Shown one piece after another: positions 1 to 50,433 of a DNA stretch of 56,855 nucleotides. The notes beneath the pieces were generated by a model. It was not told where the DNA came from and did not search any database. It saw only the letters and a program-made list of their open reading frames with translations. Position numbers and translations under genes: made by a program. The DNA is from Octopus bimaculoides (lineage: Eukaryota), in assembly GCF_001194135.2 (NCBI RefSeq), contig NC_068983.1:24916153-24973007 (forward strand), read 5' to 3'. Positions within the stretch are counted from its first letter, which is position 1; each line of letters starts with the position of its first letter.

Positions 1-51
<51 letters not shown>

Positions 52-73
52 TTCTCATTTTTATATATATAGA
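1..73 (+). mobile_element. (ACAG)n followed by ATTCTCATTTTATATATATAGAT; resembles the 3' end of a non-autonomous Helitron-type (HINE/Lep1-like) element
   Basis: Microsatellite plus TATATAGAT terminus; a similar reverse-oriented end is near 53950-54000. Confidence 0.4.
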
Positions 74-204
74 TACACATGTGTGCGTTCATACACACAC
101 ACACACACACACACACACGCGCACACACACACACACACATATATATATATTGGATCTCCAGCCAGGCCTCGTGTAAGGCCTGGCTGGAGACCCAGTCTTC
201 CATG

Positions 205-350
205 TACTTTTACAGGGCTTAGAAAAACTGAATGACCGCTGTAATAAGTGTGTGAATCTGAGAGGGGAATATGCTGAATAAAATCATTATTAACTGATCC
301 TCCTGTGTTTTCTTTTACTGCGAGCCAGGAACTTTTCAGCGCGTACTCGT
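205..350 (+). mobile_element. Mariner transposon 3' remnant with terminal inverted repeat
   Basis: 213-281 reads QGLEKLNDRCNKCVNLRGEYAE*, matching the mariner C-terminus (GIxKLxxRWxKCxxxxGxYxE). GGAACTTTTCAGCGCGTACTCGT resembles a mariner TIR. Confidence 0.75.
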
Positions 351-402
351 GAGTACTTCCTTATCTAAAAAACATATCATTTGTTAAAAATCTCAATTTT
401 AG

Positions 403-38079
<37,677 letters not shown>

Positions 38080-38324
38080 ATTTCGTCTTTAAATTCTATA
38101 AATATTACAACCAAAACGTGAAATATAATATTAAACCTTACCGATATATCTTTATCAGTATATTTGGGTTATTATTGTTAATGAATATTATTTCAACATT
38201 ATGAACATTATTATAATGTATGATAATCCACAGCTCATATAATATTAAATTCTTTGCTGAATAGCTCGGAGTTCGAATTCGAAGGAGTTTGTTCATTCCT
38301 CCCGGTTCGATAAAATTATAACAC

Positions 38325-38451
38325 AATAAAATACAGATCCAAATCAATTGAATATTTCACTTTTACATAATTTACCTCGTGCCTATCAAAATATGTTATA
38401 TTACTCTATAAATATATTTTCTCAAGGAACATTTCAGCATTGTCTAATAAA
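38325..38451 (+). other. Candidate polyadenylation signals
   Basis: AATAAA at 38325-38330 and 38446-38451, downstream of the stop. AATAAA is common in AT-rich DNA. Confidence 0.3.
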
Positions 38452-38524
38452 GTGACAATTGTTTCTTGTCAGACCAGTTTTCATTTCTTTATTAATCTAT
38501 TTATTTATCATTTCTGGAGCGTAT

Positions 38525-38583
<59 letters not shown>

Positions 38584-39459
38584 AAGGTTATGTAGATTGA
38601 TGTATGTGATGGCGCTTACGAAGTACATCAGATGAGAAAAATAAGGTTAAAGTCAATATTGGACGTTTTACTTTGTTGTTGCAAATGACTATAGCTTGAA
38701 CAGCAGGAGTCCTACCCATTTTATAAGTGAGAAAAGGCTAAACTTTGAAAGGTTTTTAGTTCTCAGATGTGTCTTAATTACAAACAGTCTTCTCAAAGAA
38801 GTCTATTTTCTGAGTCGCGTCTACTTATCCGAGGAAAATGTCATATCTCACTCAAACTATCTGAAAAGTTTAAAGTCTTCTGAAAGCTGTGAGTTATGCT
38901 CTTTCTGAACAAAACATAGAACGTCATTTCAAAATTTTCCCCATGCTTATGGTTTTCCCATGCTCTACCAATTATTTACGCTTAAAATATATTTTAAGTT
39001 GTGATTGCATGCAAATTTTACAAATATATTTCATCAATTTGTGAATCTGAAAAAGATTGACACTTTTGCTGACGCTTAAATAAGGTACATATATAGATAC
39101 TTAAAATAGATAACATTAAACCACTCCAACGTGCCTGTTAACATACTTTGTGAGCACCTTAAGAAATGACATCAACAACACAGTTTTCTTAATGTTTATC
39201 GTCTTTAAAAAAATATAGAGAATTTCAATGAAGAATATTAATCTTCAAATGATAAGTGTTTATCTACGAAATTAACCTAAAATCACTTCTTGATTTTAGG
39301 CTAAGTACTTGCTATTTGATACTAATGTAGTGAAACTAACACCTCGATCGCCATTACAAACAAAACTACCTATCGCCATTAGATACAAAACTGCTATCGC
39401 CATTCTTCTCATTTAAATATAAACGAACGCGAACGTAGCGGAAAACATTAACCTTGTCA

Positions 39460-39603
39460 TCACGTGACTGATCATTATTCGAATCGGCAAATTCTTCGAA
39501 CCTTTCCCGCCAGAACGCAAACTGACCAATCACGGCCCCTAATAAGGTCACGTGATAGAGTATTAAACTGAAGCCATCGGGAGCCAATAGTTTGTTATAA
39601 ATA
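39460..39603 (+). promoter_or_regulatory. Promoter-like cluster: 2 E-boxes, E2F-like site, 2 CCAAT boxes, TATA
   Basis: TCACGTGAC 39460, TTTCCCGC 39503, CCAAT 39526, GTCACGTGA 39547, CCAAT 39584, TATAAATA 39596; CpG-rich relative to the flanks. Confidence 0.55.
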
Positions 39604-40861
39604 GCTTTAACTCGGCGGCCAAATTTTTCTCGATCCAGTTTCTCTTTGAGATCTGTTCCGTGTACCACACGACAGCAGCAGCAACAAATAGCCAGCGACC
39701 ACTTCAACAGCTTCGTCCAGCCAACGATGACCACCGCCGTCGCCACATCAGCAACAAGAGTCTACGACTACTAACCAGCACCATCGTCATGACCAACACG
39801 ATTACTACCAAGCAGACTCTACACCAGCGTCAACACGACTTACTATGTACACCAAACTAAACCACCGCGGCACACATCTCTCTCTTCGATTCTGTTAGGT
39901 GACTTAGCTTCACCACGATAATAACAGACAAGAGATCTCAGCCTGCGATAAACGTCTGTCCNNNNNNNNNNNNNNNNNNNNNNNNNNNNNNNNNNNNNNN
40001 NNNNNNNNNNNNNNNNNNNNNNNNNNNNNNNNNNNNNNNNNNNNNNNNNNNNNNNNNNNNNNNNNNNNNNNNNNNNNNNNNNNNNNNNNNNNNNNNNNNN
40101 NNNNNNNNNNNNNNNNNNNNNNNNNNNNNNNNNNNNNNNNNNNNNNNNNNNNNNNNNNNNNNNNNNNNNNNNNNNNNNNNNNNNNNNNNNNNNNNNNNNN
40201 NNNNNNNNNNNNNNNNNNNNNNNNNNNNNNNNNNNNNNNNNNNNNNNNNNNNNNNNNNNNNNNNNNNNNNNNNNNNNNNNNNNNNNNNNNNNNNNNNNNN
40301 NNNNNNNNNNNNNNNNNNNNNNNNNNNNNNNNNNNNNNNNNNNNNNNNNNNNNNNNNNNNNNNNNNNNNNNNNNNNNNNNNNNNNNNNNNNNNNNNNNNN
40401 NNNNNNNNNNNNNNNNNNNNNNNNNNNNNNNNNNNNNNNNNNNNNNNNNNNNNNNNNNNNNNNNNNNNNNNNNNNNNNNNNNNNNNNNNNNNNNNNNNNN
40501 NNNNNNNNNNNNNNNNNNNNNNNNNNNNNNNNNNNNNNNNNNNNNNNNNNNNNNNNNNNNNNNNNNNNNNNNNNNNNNNNNNNNNNNNNNNNNNNNNNNN
40601 NNNNNNNNNNNNNNNNNNNNNNNNNNNNNNNNNNNNNNNNNNNNNNNNNNNNNNNNNNNNNNNNNNNNNNNNNNNNNNNNNNNNNNNNNNNNNNNNNNNN
40701 NNNNNNNNNNNNNNNNNNNNNNNNNNNNNNNNNNNNNNNNNNNNNNNNNNNNNNNNNNNNNNNNNNNNNNNNNNNNNNNNNNNNNNNNNNNNNNNNNNNN
40801 NNNNNNNNNNNNNNNNNNNNNNNNNNNNNNNNNNNNNNNNNNNNNNNNNNNNNNNNNNNTG

Positions 40862-40896
<35 letters not shown>

Positions 40897-42059
40897 GTGT
40901 TTGCGTGTCTGTGTTTGTCCCCCACCATTGCTTGACAACCGATGGTGGTGTGTTTACGTCCCCGTAACTTAGCGGTTCGGCAAAAGAGATCGATAGAATA
41001 AGTACTAGGCTTACAAAGAATAAGTTCTGGGGTCGATTTGCTCGACTAAAAGCGGTGCTCCAGCATGGCCGCAGTCAAATGACTGAAACAAGTAAAAGAG
41101 TAAAAGAGTAAAAGAGATAGTTAGGAATTGTATAAGAAGAAATCGTAAAAATATTTTGTGTATTGTATAGAAGTATAACCAATCTATCGTAGATAAATTT
41201 TAACCACAAAATCTTATATGAACCCCTAAAGGCCTTTTGGACCGTGCTTGAGTACCAATGGGTCAGGTTATGATAATCTTCTACAGCTCATACATTAAAT
41301 TTTCTGCTGAATAGCTAGGAGTTCGAATTCCGAGGAGTTTGTTCATTCTTACCGGTTCGATAAAATTATATCACAACAAAATACTGATTCAAATCAACGG
41401 AATATTTCATCTTTACATACTTATTTTATTGATCCCGAAAGAATGAAGGGCGAAGTCGACCACGGCGGAATTTGAACACAGAATGTAGCGGTAGACGAAA
41501 TACCTATTTCTTTATTGCCCACAAGGGGCTACACAGAGAGGGGACAAACAAGGACAGACAAACGGATTAAGTCGATTATATTGACTCCAGTGCGTAACTG
41601 GTACTTAATTCATCGACCCCGAAAGGATGAAAGGCAAAGTCGACCTCGGCGGAATTTGAACTCAGAACGTAACGGCAGACGAAGTACCGCTAAGCATTTC
41701 ACCCGGTGTGCTAACGATTCTGCCAGCTCGCCGCCTTTATAATAATCCTTTCTGCCAGCTCACCACACTGCTACTACTACTACTACTATTGCTACTACTA
41801 CTATTGCTACTACTACTACTACTAATAATAATTCTTTCTAATATAGGTACAAGGCTTGAAATTTGGAAGGATGAGGAAAGTCGATCACATCGGTTCGGCA
41901 CTGGTGCATGACTGGTACCTAATTTACCGACCCCGTGAGGACAAAAGGCAAAGTCGACCTCGGCGGAATCTGAACTCAGAACGTAGCGACTGGCTAAATA
42001 CCACTAAGCATTTCGCAGGCGTGCTAACGTTTCTGCCAGCTCGCCACCTTAATACCTCT

Positions 42060-43690
42060 TTCGAAATTGCTCGATTATGTACAATATGGTTATAAAATGT
42101 TTAAAAAAAAATATAAATCATCTCTTTTACATGGATGATTTAAAGCTCTTTGCAAAAAATGATCAACAACTACAGGGCTCACTAGCAATTGTTAAACAAT
42201 TCAGTGATGACATCAGGATGCAATTTGGCCTCGATAAATGTGTAAAAGCTACCTTTATCAAAGGGAAAATGACAGAAACATTTAACGTTAACTTGACCAG
42301 CAGAATGTCATAAAAGAGTTAGAACCAGCGGAGAGCTACAAATACCTAGGGGTAATTGAAGGGAACGGAATCAAACATGCAGTGATGAGAGAAAGGATCA
42401 GAAGAGAATGTTATCGCAGGGTAAGGGCAATATTCAAGACAGAGCTAAATGCAAGAAACTAGATCGAAGCGATCAATAATTTTGCCATCCCGGTCGTGAC
42501 TTACAGTCTCAATATCATTAACTGGTCAATTACTGAAATATGTAATCTTGATTGAAAAATACGAAAATTATTGACAATGCATGAAATCCACCACCCTAAG
42601 GCAGATATAGAACGACTTTACCTGTCAAGAAAAGAGGGTGGCCGCGAACTTTTACAACTGGAACTAACAATGAAGATTGTCACAATTGGCCTAGACACCT
42701 ACCTGAAAAACTCTGATGACTGGATATTAAAACTTGTTTTAAAGCATGAAAACAAGACAGCATTATACTCAATAACAAAACAGGCAAAGGAATATCTAAG
42801 TGAATTGCAAATACGACATATTCCAGAATTAGACGTACTGGAAACAAGCACAAAAAAAGCTAAGTGTATGAAAACCCGTGCTAAAATTGCTGCCTTAGAT
42901 ATTCTTACTGATAAATGGTAAATAAAAAAAGCCTCTCAATGGCAAATACCAACAGAGAGCTAGTAATGCCGATGTTGACAAAGCCCTTACCCATCAACGG
43001 TTAATGGCTTCTGGCTTCAAATCAGAAACAGACGGGTTTATCATAGCAGCCCAAGATCAATGCCTACCTACAAGAAACTACCAGGCCAACATATTAAAGA
43101 ACGGCAGCTGCCCAACATGTGTATGCAAACAACAAAATGAAACCATTGATCATGTTGTCTCCATGTGCAGTCTTCTTGCGCCTGCAGAGTATCTCAACAG
43201 ACGTGATAGAGCAGTACAGTATATTCACTGGGTAATTTGCAAAAACTTGAACCTGCCCCATCATAAAAAAAACTGGTGGGAACACAAACCACTTCCAGTA
43301 CTTGAAAATGATCACATCTCACTCCTCTGGAACTTCACCGTTCAAACTGACAGAAAGATAGATGCGAATAGGCCAGACATTGTATTGAAAGACTTTAGAC
43401 AAAAATCATGCCTCCTCATTAATATGACTTCACAATCGATATAAATGTATCTGTCGAGACCTACCAAAAACTGAGCAAGTTCAAAGATCTCGAAACAGAA
43501 ATTGGTAAAATGTGGAACCTCAAGACTAAAACAATACTTGTTGTCATAGGTGCCCAGGGAATGATAGCAAAAGGGACTGATTCCTACCTAGCTCAGATAC
43601 CAGGAAACGCTAAAGTGGCAGAAATTCAAAAGATAGTGCTCATGAGAACTGCCCATATCCTACGTAAAATACCATCTATGTAATCTCAAA
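42060..43690 (+). mobile_element. 5'-truncated R4/Dong-clade non-LTR retrotransposon (RT + CCHC + REL endonuclease), copy A
   Basis: INHLFYMDDLKL, HPKADIERLYL.RKEGGR, AAQDQCLPT, C..C...ETIDHVVSMC, RPDIVL, GTAHIL-type end; decayed. Confidence 0.88.
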
Positions 43691-43695
43691 TAGAA

Positions 43696-45264
43696 ACAGG
43701 AGTGGTATCTTCCAAGGGGACTGCCTGTCCCCACTGATCTTTGTACTGTGCATGATACCACTAACAGTAATTCTGAGGAAAGCAAAGTCTGGGTATGTAT
43801 TCAAAAGCCGCCAACAAAAAGTCAACCACTTGTTAATCATGGATGACCTCAAACTTTATGGCAAAAATGAATCCCAAGTCAGTTCTCTCGCCGATACGGT
43901 GTATACTCTCAGTGCTGATACCAGAATGAAGTTTGGACTGAAAAAGTGTGGTGTGTTAGTCTTGAAGAGAGGCAAAATTAAATGTACGGACCGGCTAGCG
44001 ATACTGTCGGGGGAAGTTATAAAACATATAGAAGAGACGGGCTATAAGTACTTGGGGAATTCAAGGAGAAAGAAATGACAGAAAAATCTAAGGTGGAGCA
44101 CTTGCGCAGGGCGGAATAAGATTGAAACTATCAACACTTGGGCGGTTTCACACCTTTGATATGGAGCAGGGGTAATCGCATGGACAGTAGACGAACTAAA
44201 CAGCTTAGACAGAAAGACATGAAAGTTGCTGACTAGATATGGGATACCTCACCCAAAGAGTGACACAGGCAGACTGTATATACCAAGAAAAAGAGGGAGA
44301 ACATGACTGATTGGATGTGAACACAGCGTTAGAGCAGAAGAAAACAACATTGCATGGTATGTAAAAAATGCCTCAGAACCACTATTATTGGAAGTAAGAA
44401 GGTCAGGCTTGTGTAGGACGGAAGATTGCAAAGATAAAGCTCTGTACAAGCACTTGAGAATGAATGAAACTGAAAATAGGTCTTCATAGGAATGTTGAAA
44501 ATAAGACACAGAGATAAAAGATGGCTATGGATGATTAAAAGTGATTTAAAACCAGAAACGAAGGCTCTAATCTGTGATGCCCAAGAGCAAGCATTAAGAA
44601 CGAATTACATCAAATACAGGATAGACAACACATCAGAAAGTGATAAATGCAGAATTCGTGAACAAAATGGTGAAGCCATATGGCATATTAACAGTCAATG
44701 TACGCCACCAGCTCAGAAAGAATATAAGAGACGTCATGACAATATATCAAGGATTGTCCATTGGACACTTTGCAACAAGTATGGACTTGACAGAACAATT
44801 AAGTGGCATGAACATAAACCCGAAGGCATCATCGAAAATGATAATGCAAAGATTCTATGGGGTTTTATGATTCAGTACGACCATGAGATAGAGAATAGGA
44901 AGCCAGACATAGTGTTAATTGAGAAAGAAAGCAAACTATGCTGGATCATAGATATAACATGCCCAGCTGACAGCAAGGCATGTGATAAGGAAGACAGAAA
45001 AGTCGATAGATATGACAGGTAAACTTGGGCGACTAAGCATTTGTGGTTGATGAAAAGCCCTGGGAGCAGTGAATAAAAATCTTGAGAAGTAAATGGAACA
45101 AATTGGGGTTGCAATAAGGGTGGAGCACTTGCAGAAAACAGCTTGGAACCACTTGAATACTCCGGATGGTGCTCGAAAAATAAGGGGTGTTACCTTAGTT
45201 CACTAGTAGTAAACAGCTGGCACCGTAGTACATCTCCAGCGATAGAAGCTGTGCAAAGACAATA

Positions 45265-45310
<46 letters not shown>
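43696..45310 (+). mobile_element. 5'-truncated R4/Dong-clade element, copy B (different family), ending in (TAA)n
   Basis: GIFQGDCLSPL, NHLLIMDDLKL, AQEQALRTNY, RRHDN, RKPDIVL; tail (AAT)n from about 45262 into the gap. Confidence 0.88.
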
Positions 45311-45744
45311 NNNNNNNNNNNNNNNNNNNNNNNNNNNNNNNNNNNNNNNNNNNNNNNNNNNNNNNNNNNNNNNNNNNNNNNNNNNNNNNNNNNNNNNNNN
45401 NNNNNNNNNNNNNNNNNNNNNNNNNNNNNNNNNNNNNNNNNNNNNNNNNNNNNNNNNNNNNNNNNNNNNNNNNNNNNNNNNNNNNNNNNNNNNNNNNNNN
45501 NNNNNNNNNNNNNNNNNNNNNNNNNNNNNNNNNNNNNNNNNNNNNNNNNNNNNNNNNNNNNNNNNNNNNNNNNNNNNNNNNNNNNNNNNNNNNNNNNNNN
45601 NNNNNNNNNNNNNNNNNNNNNNNNNNNNNNNNNNNNNNNNNNNNNNNNNNGAAAAAGTGAAAACAAGATCAGGGAATAATTTCACTGGAAAAAGTTATAT
45701 ATATTTGCAAAGGTATATCTTTCGCATCGAAGGTCGGCGATTGT

Positions 45745-45789
45745 CGTACGCTGAGGACGGGAAAATACCCAGAAACTCGAGTCCGTACG
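45745..45789 (+). ncRNA. Type I hammerhead ribozyme motif with extended stem I
   Basis: CGTACG-CTGAGGA-C-GGG(aaaata)CCC-A-GAAAC-TCGA-GTC-CGTACG. Perfect 6-bp stem I, palindromic ACTCGAGT, GUC site; the 10.1-11.1 position is C.A. Confidence 0.85.
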
Positions 45790-46184
45790 TATCGCAGATC
45801 AAGATGGGAAGGATGACTTCCCTTTGCAAATACAGACAGGACACAGATGTGTGTCGATAGCCAGCTGGAGGAGATGTTCTCCTGGGGCTAAAAGCAACAG
45901 TAACATCCACCCTTAGGGGTCAGCCACATTTAAGTGGCAAATACACTTCACCTTGTTGTTAGTTTTGTTTACACGCAAAACCCTCACAACAACACACGCT
46001 CACACACACATTCTTTGCTCTGTCCTGTGCTGTTCATAATATTTTTCTTAATGTAAACCATTGTGGTTAATAAAGAAATAATCATCATCGTCATCGTCAT
46101 CATCATCATCATCATCATCGTCATCATCATCTTCGTTATGGTCATCAGTCAGGCAAGCCTCGCTTGACCTCGCTCCGTGGATAT

Positions 46185-46379
46185 TACTCTTTTACTTGTT
46201 TCAGTCTTTTGACTGTGGCCATGCTGGAGCACCGCCTTTAGTCGAGCAAATCGACCCCAGGACTTATTCTTTAGAAGCCTAGTACTTATTCTATCAGTCT
46301 CTTTTGCCGAGCCGCTAAGCTACGGGGACGTAAACACATCAACATCGGTTGTCAAGCGATGTTGGGTGGACAAACACAG

Positions 46380-46416
<37 letters not shown>

Positions 46417-46572
46417 CATATATACGACGGGCTTCTTTCAGTTTCCATCTACCAAATCCACTCACAAGGCTTTGGTCGGCCCGAGGCTATAGTAGAAGAC
46501 ACTTGCCCAAGATGCCACGCAGTGCCCGGCTGAACCCGGAACCATGTGATTGGTAAGCAAGCTACTTACCAC
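46185..46572 (-). mobile_element. Second SINE family, near-complete copy
   Basis: Same head, microsatellite and body arrangement as 4535-5097. Confidence 0.8.
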
Positions 46573-46827
46573 AGAAAAGAAAAAAACATAACGGTGTATT
46601 TGCACCCTTCAAATTTGTACCATCCTGAACAACAGGTTAACTGCTGTCGAGTGATGAGTTTATTTTCCTGTTTGGTCCCCCAATTTGGTGGGATAGGTCA
46701 ACTGATTTTGTTTTTCAATTATAATTGCTGACGTTTTCCTCACCAACATGGAGAAAACACAACAAAACACTTGTGACACTCATATGTGAGAGAGGGAAGA
46801 GAATGAGGAGCGTCACAAAACGTCAAT

Positions 46828-46876
<49 letters not shown>

Positions 46877-47279
46877 CGAGTGTGGCAAACGAATTAGTAC
46901 CTAAAAAAACAAAATCAAAAAAAAAATAAAAGACGACGACTGTATTTTTGCTGAAAGAAAGAACAAAAAAGACAATAGGGCCAATCTTTTCGAGAAAGAT
47001 CTCTTAGATCTCCCCCCCCCCCCNNNNNNNNNNNNNNNNNNNNNNNNNNNNNNNNNNNNNCACCACCAAAAATAAAACGGCTCCATTTTCGACAACATTG
47101 TTCGAAATAAAAACAGCAATGACCGTGAGAAAAATATTACTGAATATGATAGACATAATGAGCGAATCAAATGCATGGTCATATTCGGAAAATGAATTTC
47201 GCGAAACAAGTGCGACCTCCGTTTCAAACGCTTGCATGATCAACTAACAATAGGAGACGGAATTCTATATTTGTGAATT

Positions 47280-47600
47280 CGAATGTTTGTTCCCTACCAA
47301 CTACTCGACAGTGTACTTTGCGACAGTCATGGTACACGTTTGGGTATTCAATAAATGCTTAGTAAAATTTCTCTTGAGTTCTAGTGGTCAAACATGTCTC
47401 GAGATATGACTACCTTCATTTCCAATTGCACTGCTTGTCAACAGAATCGAAGTACAAAAGACAGTTCGACAGCGATGTGGAATAAGGATGATCCTTGGGA
47501 ATGTTTTCATATGGAGTGGGCTTTCATGAACAGCGTTGGAAATTTACTTATAGCCGTCGATTCGTATTCCAGCGACATCGACGCCATTGCCAAGTTTTGT
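47280..47600 (+). mobile_element. Gypsy/Ty3-type integrase fragment
   Basis: CTACQQ zinc-binding motif, PWECFHMEWA, LIAVDSYS. Confidence 0.7.
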
Positions 47601-48366
47601 AATTTGCTTATTTCATAGGTGTAAGTATAGGAACAAAGATCAAATGGCCGTAAACTGCGAATTTCTATCTCACCGTAGCGGAAGCATAACCAACAGCAGA
47701 ATGTATGAGAAGGGGTAATAACATCAACCGTGACCCTGTAGCGATGGAATCAATCGTGTGTCCCCATCTATTTTAATCGCAATATATGCCAGAAAAAACA
47801 AAACAAAAAAACGGGACGCATGTCATATGACTGGTGGTATACAGCATTAGTTATATGTTCATTAGGAGTTCAATACATGAGAGCTTCCTAAACGGTGAGC
47901 AGGTGTCGTTGCAGTTTGTCAGAAAGGAGTTTCGTTAGTAGTAACTTTCTTCTTTACTTTCCAAGTCAAAACGAAAGATCGCATTACTTTTCCTTACAAT
48001 CTTTAATGTTTGATAACATTTTTCAAAAATATTTGTCTAAATAGACCCCTTTCAAGAAAGTATCAAGAAGGCCGCAAGATAAAAGTCTGCGAACCGCATG
48101 CAGCCATTTGGCCTCAGGTTGGCAAGCCCTGATGTTTTCAGTATTTTTCTCCCCGTGAGAATATTTTATGCATTATTATTGAAAAGGTCGCAAGACGCAA
48201 CGAAAAAATTTAGAAAAAAATAAAGAAGTAAATGAGTGGAAATTGAACCGGTGGGTGTGTTAAATAATAAGGCACTAAAAGAGAATGACTCTCCCCAGAT
48301 ACAACAAAATATACTTCAACACACGTCTTCACATAAAGAATCTTGCAAACCAAATCCAAAAACGAA

Positions 48367-48407
<41 letters not shown>

Positions 48408-48424
48408 CGCGCGNNNNNNNNNNT

Positions 48425-48455
<31 letters not shown>

Positions 48456-49284
48456 CGCGCGAGTGTGTTTATACGTGTGATGGTGTGTATACAAACGTAC
48501 GTTGAGTGGGTAACGTCACAACCGAGACGTTACATCTTATTCCTCAAGTACTCCAATTTTGTGTGTGTACATGTATTTACTAGATTGCTAATAATTATTA
48601 ATGTGCTGTTGTGCCATTTGGCATTTTTGCCGATATGGGTATGTTACTCTATATATAATTCTGCTTGTTCGTTCGTCTGTTATACTTTAGTTGGTTGGAG
48701 AGGAGGAGGTGAAGTGAATGAGAGGTGGAGTAAGAGAGAGAGAGAGAGAGATGGATGAGTGGGAGAAAGAGTAGAGAAGAAATAAGAGAGGAAGAGGCAG
48801 AGAAAGATATATATTAAAATTACACTGAGGATAAGTGATGTGGTTAGCTGAAGGGAGAGGCGTAGGGCGAGAGAAAAAGAAGGTGAGAGAAAAGGGGGAG
48901 AGGGAAAGAAGGCGAGGGTAAAAAGCGGGTACGATAGAGTAGGGATAGATTAGTTATTAGGTGGTTAGAAAGTTAGCTAAAGGGAAAAAAATAAAGAGAA
49001 AGTCCTCCGGAAAAGATCAGCTAATGATCCCTACAGACTTGACAAACACCTGTGTCTCCGGCCTCGCCCTCGCGAAAGGTGGGGCTGGAAAAGAGGTGTT
49101 TGTCAGAGAGTGAATTTAAAAAACGATGGACGCGTGTAGCACGCATGTTGGGGGTGAAAGACCCTGCGTGAGCACGATTGAGTGACTACCAGTAAATTGG
49201 TGCTAAAGACAGGGCTCGTGGGGTCGGAGCATACCTGTTTTGAACACCTCATCGTGTGATTTATTGTTTGTGGTTTGTGATTTA

Positions 49285-49673
49285 TTGTTGTTGTTGGCAC
49301 TCCGTCGCTTACGACGCCGAGGGTTCCAGTTGATCCGATCAACGGAACAGCCTGCTCGTGAAATTAACGTACAAGTGGCTGAGCACTCCACAGACACGTG
49401 TACCCTTAACGTAGTTCTCGAGGATATTCAGCGTGACACAATGTGACAAGGCTGACCCTTTGAATTACAGGCACAACAGAAACAGGAAGTAAGAGTGAGA
49501 GAAAGTTGTGGTGAAAGAGTACAACAGGGTTCGCCACCATCCCCTGCCGGAGCCTCCTGGAGCTTTAGGTGTTTTCGCTCAATAAACACTCACAACGCCC
49601 GGTCTGGGAATCGAAAACGGGATCCTATGACCGCGAGTCCGCTGCCCTGACCACTGGGCCATTGCGCCTCCAC
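49285..49673 (-). mobile_element. Same tRNA-derived SINE family, full length, reverse orientation
   Basis: Reverse complement of 10956-11376 without the 40-bp duplication. Confidence 0.9.
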
Positions 49674-50385
49674 TCTATTGTAATAACAGCATGAGAAATC
49701 AAAATGCTTTCAATTCTATCAACAGCAAACTATTTGACTATTAAGGCATAAAGTAAACAAGCGAACCGCCTAAAGCATCCTGTCATTCAAGTGGCCTGCA
49801 ATTTAATTTGAATTAACCAAACCTCAGTAAGATCGACGAAATCATTTTTTTGTATGGAACATTTATGCCTCTTTGTGTTGTAAGTAACATATATGCCTCT
49901 TTATGTGCTGTATGTCTGTGTGTGTGTGTGTGTGCACGCATGCGTATGTGTGTGTGTGTGTGTAAGTGTGTGGAATTGATAAATATAATTTACGATAAAA
50001 ATTTTATTTCTTTTTTATTCAAACGCTGTTGGCCCCTGTCAGTCTGCATGTTTAAGTCCCACACAATCGTCGAACAGCTGCTGTCACGTGTAGGACGGAT
50101 TCGTCTGTCGGCCGAGTCTGTGTTGATGATCGCACTGCCGTTCTCTTTCAATCGGGCAGGTAAAGGGAAATCTGGGACAGTTGAGTTCCTTGATTATCCG
50201 TACTGGCCTTCCTGTATTAGGAGGACCACATCTCTATCATCCTCCCCGACCCCTTTTTTTAAACCTTTGTATGCTATGCATATGTCCCTTCTTTTCAGTA
50301 TATACCGTGTATACTTTCTTCTCTTTTTTTATACCATTTTATTATATGTAAACCCCAACACTTTTTATGTGTCTTTGTAAATGAA

Positions 50386-50433
<48 letters not shown>

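Noticed and set aside
39366-39746. 126-aa minus-strand ORF
   Set aside because: No recognisable domain; better explained as the antisense of a CpG-rich promoter-like region.
47061-47245. Open + frame after a gap (TTKNKTAPF...NACMIN*)
   Set aside because: No family similarity and no visible splice acceptor; left unannotated.
50030-50165. GC-rich segment ending in CAG|GTAAAG, a possible exon
   Set aside because: No recognisable product or matching partner exon; needs transcript data.
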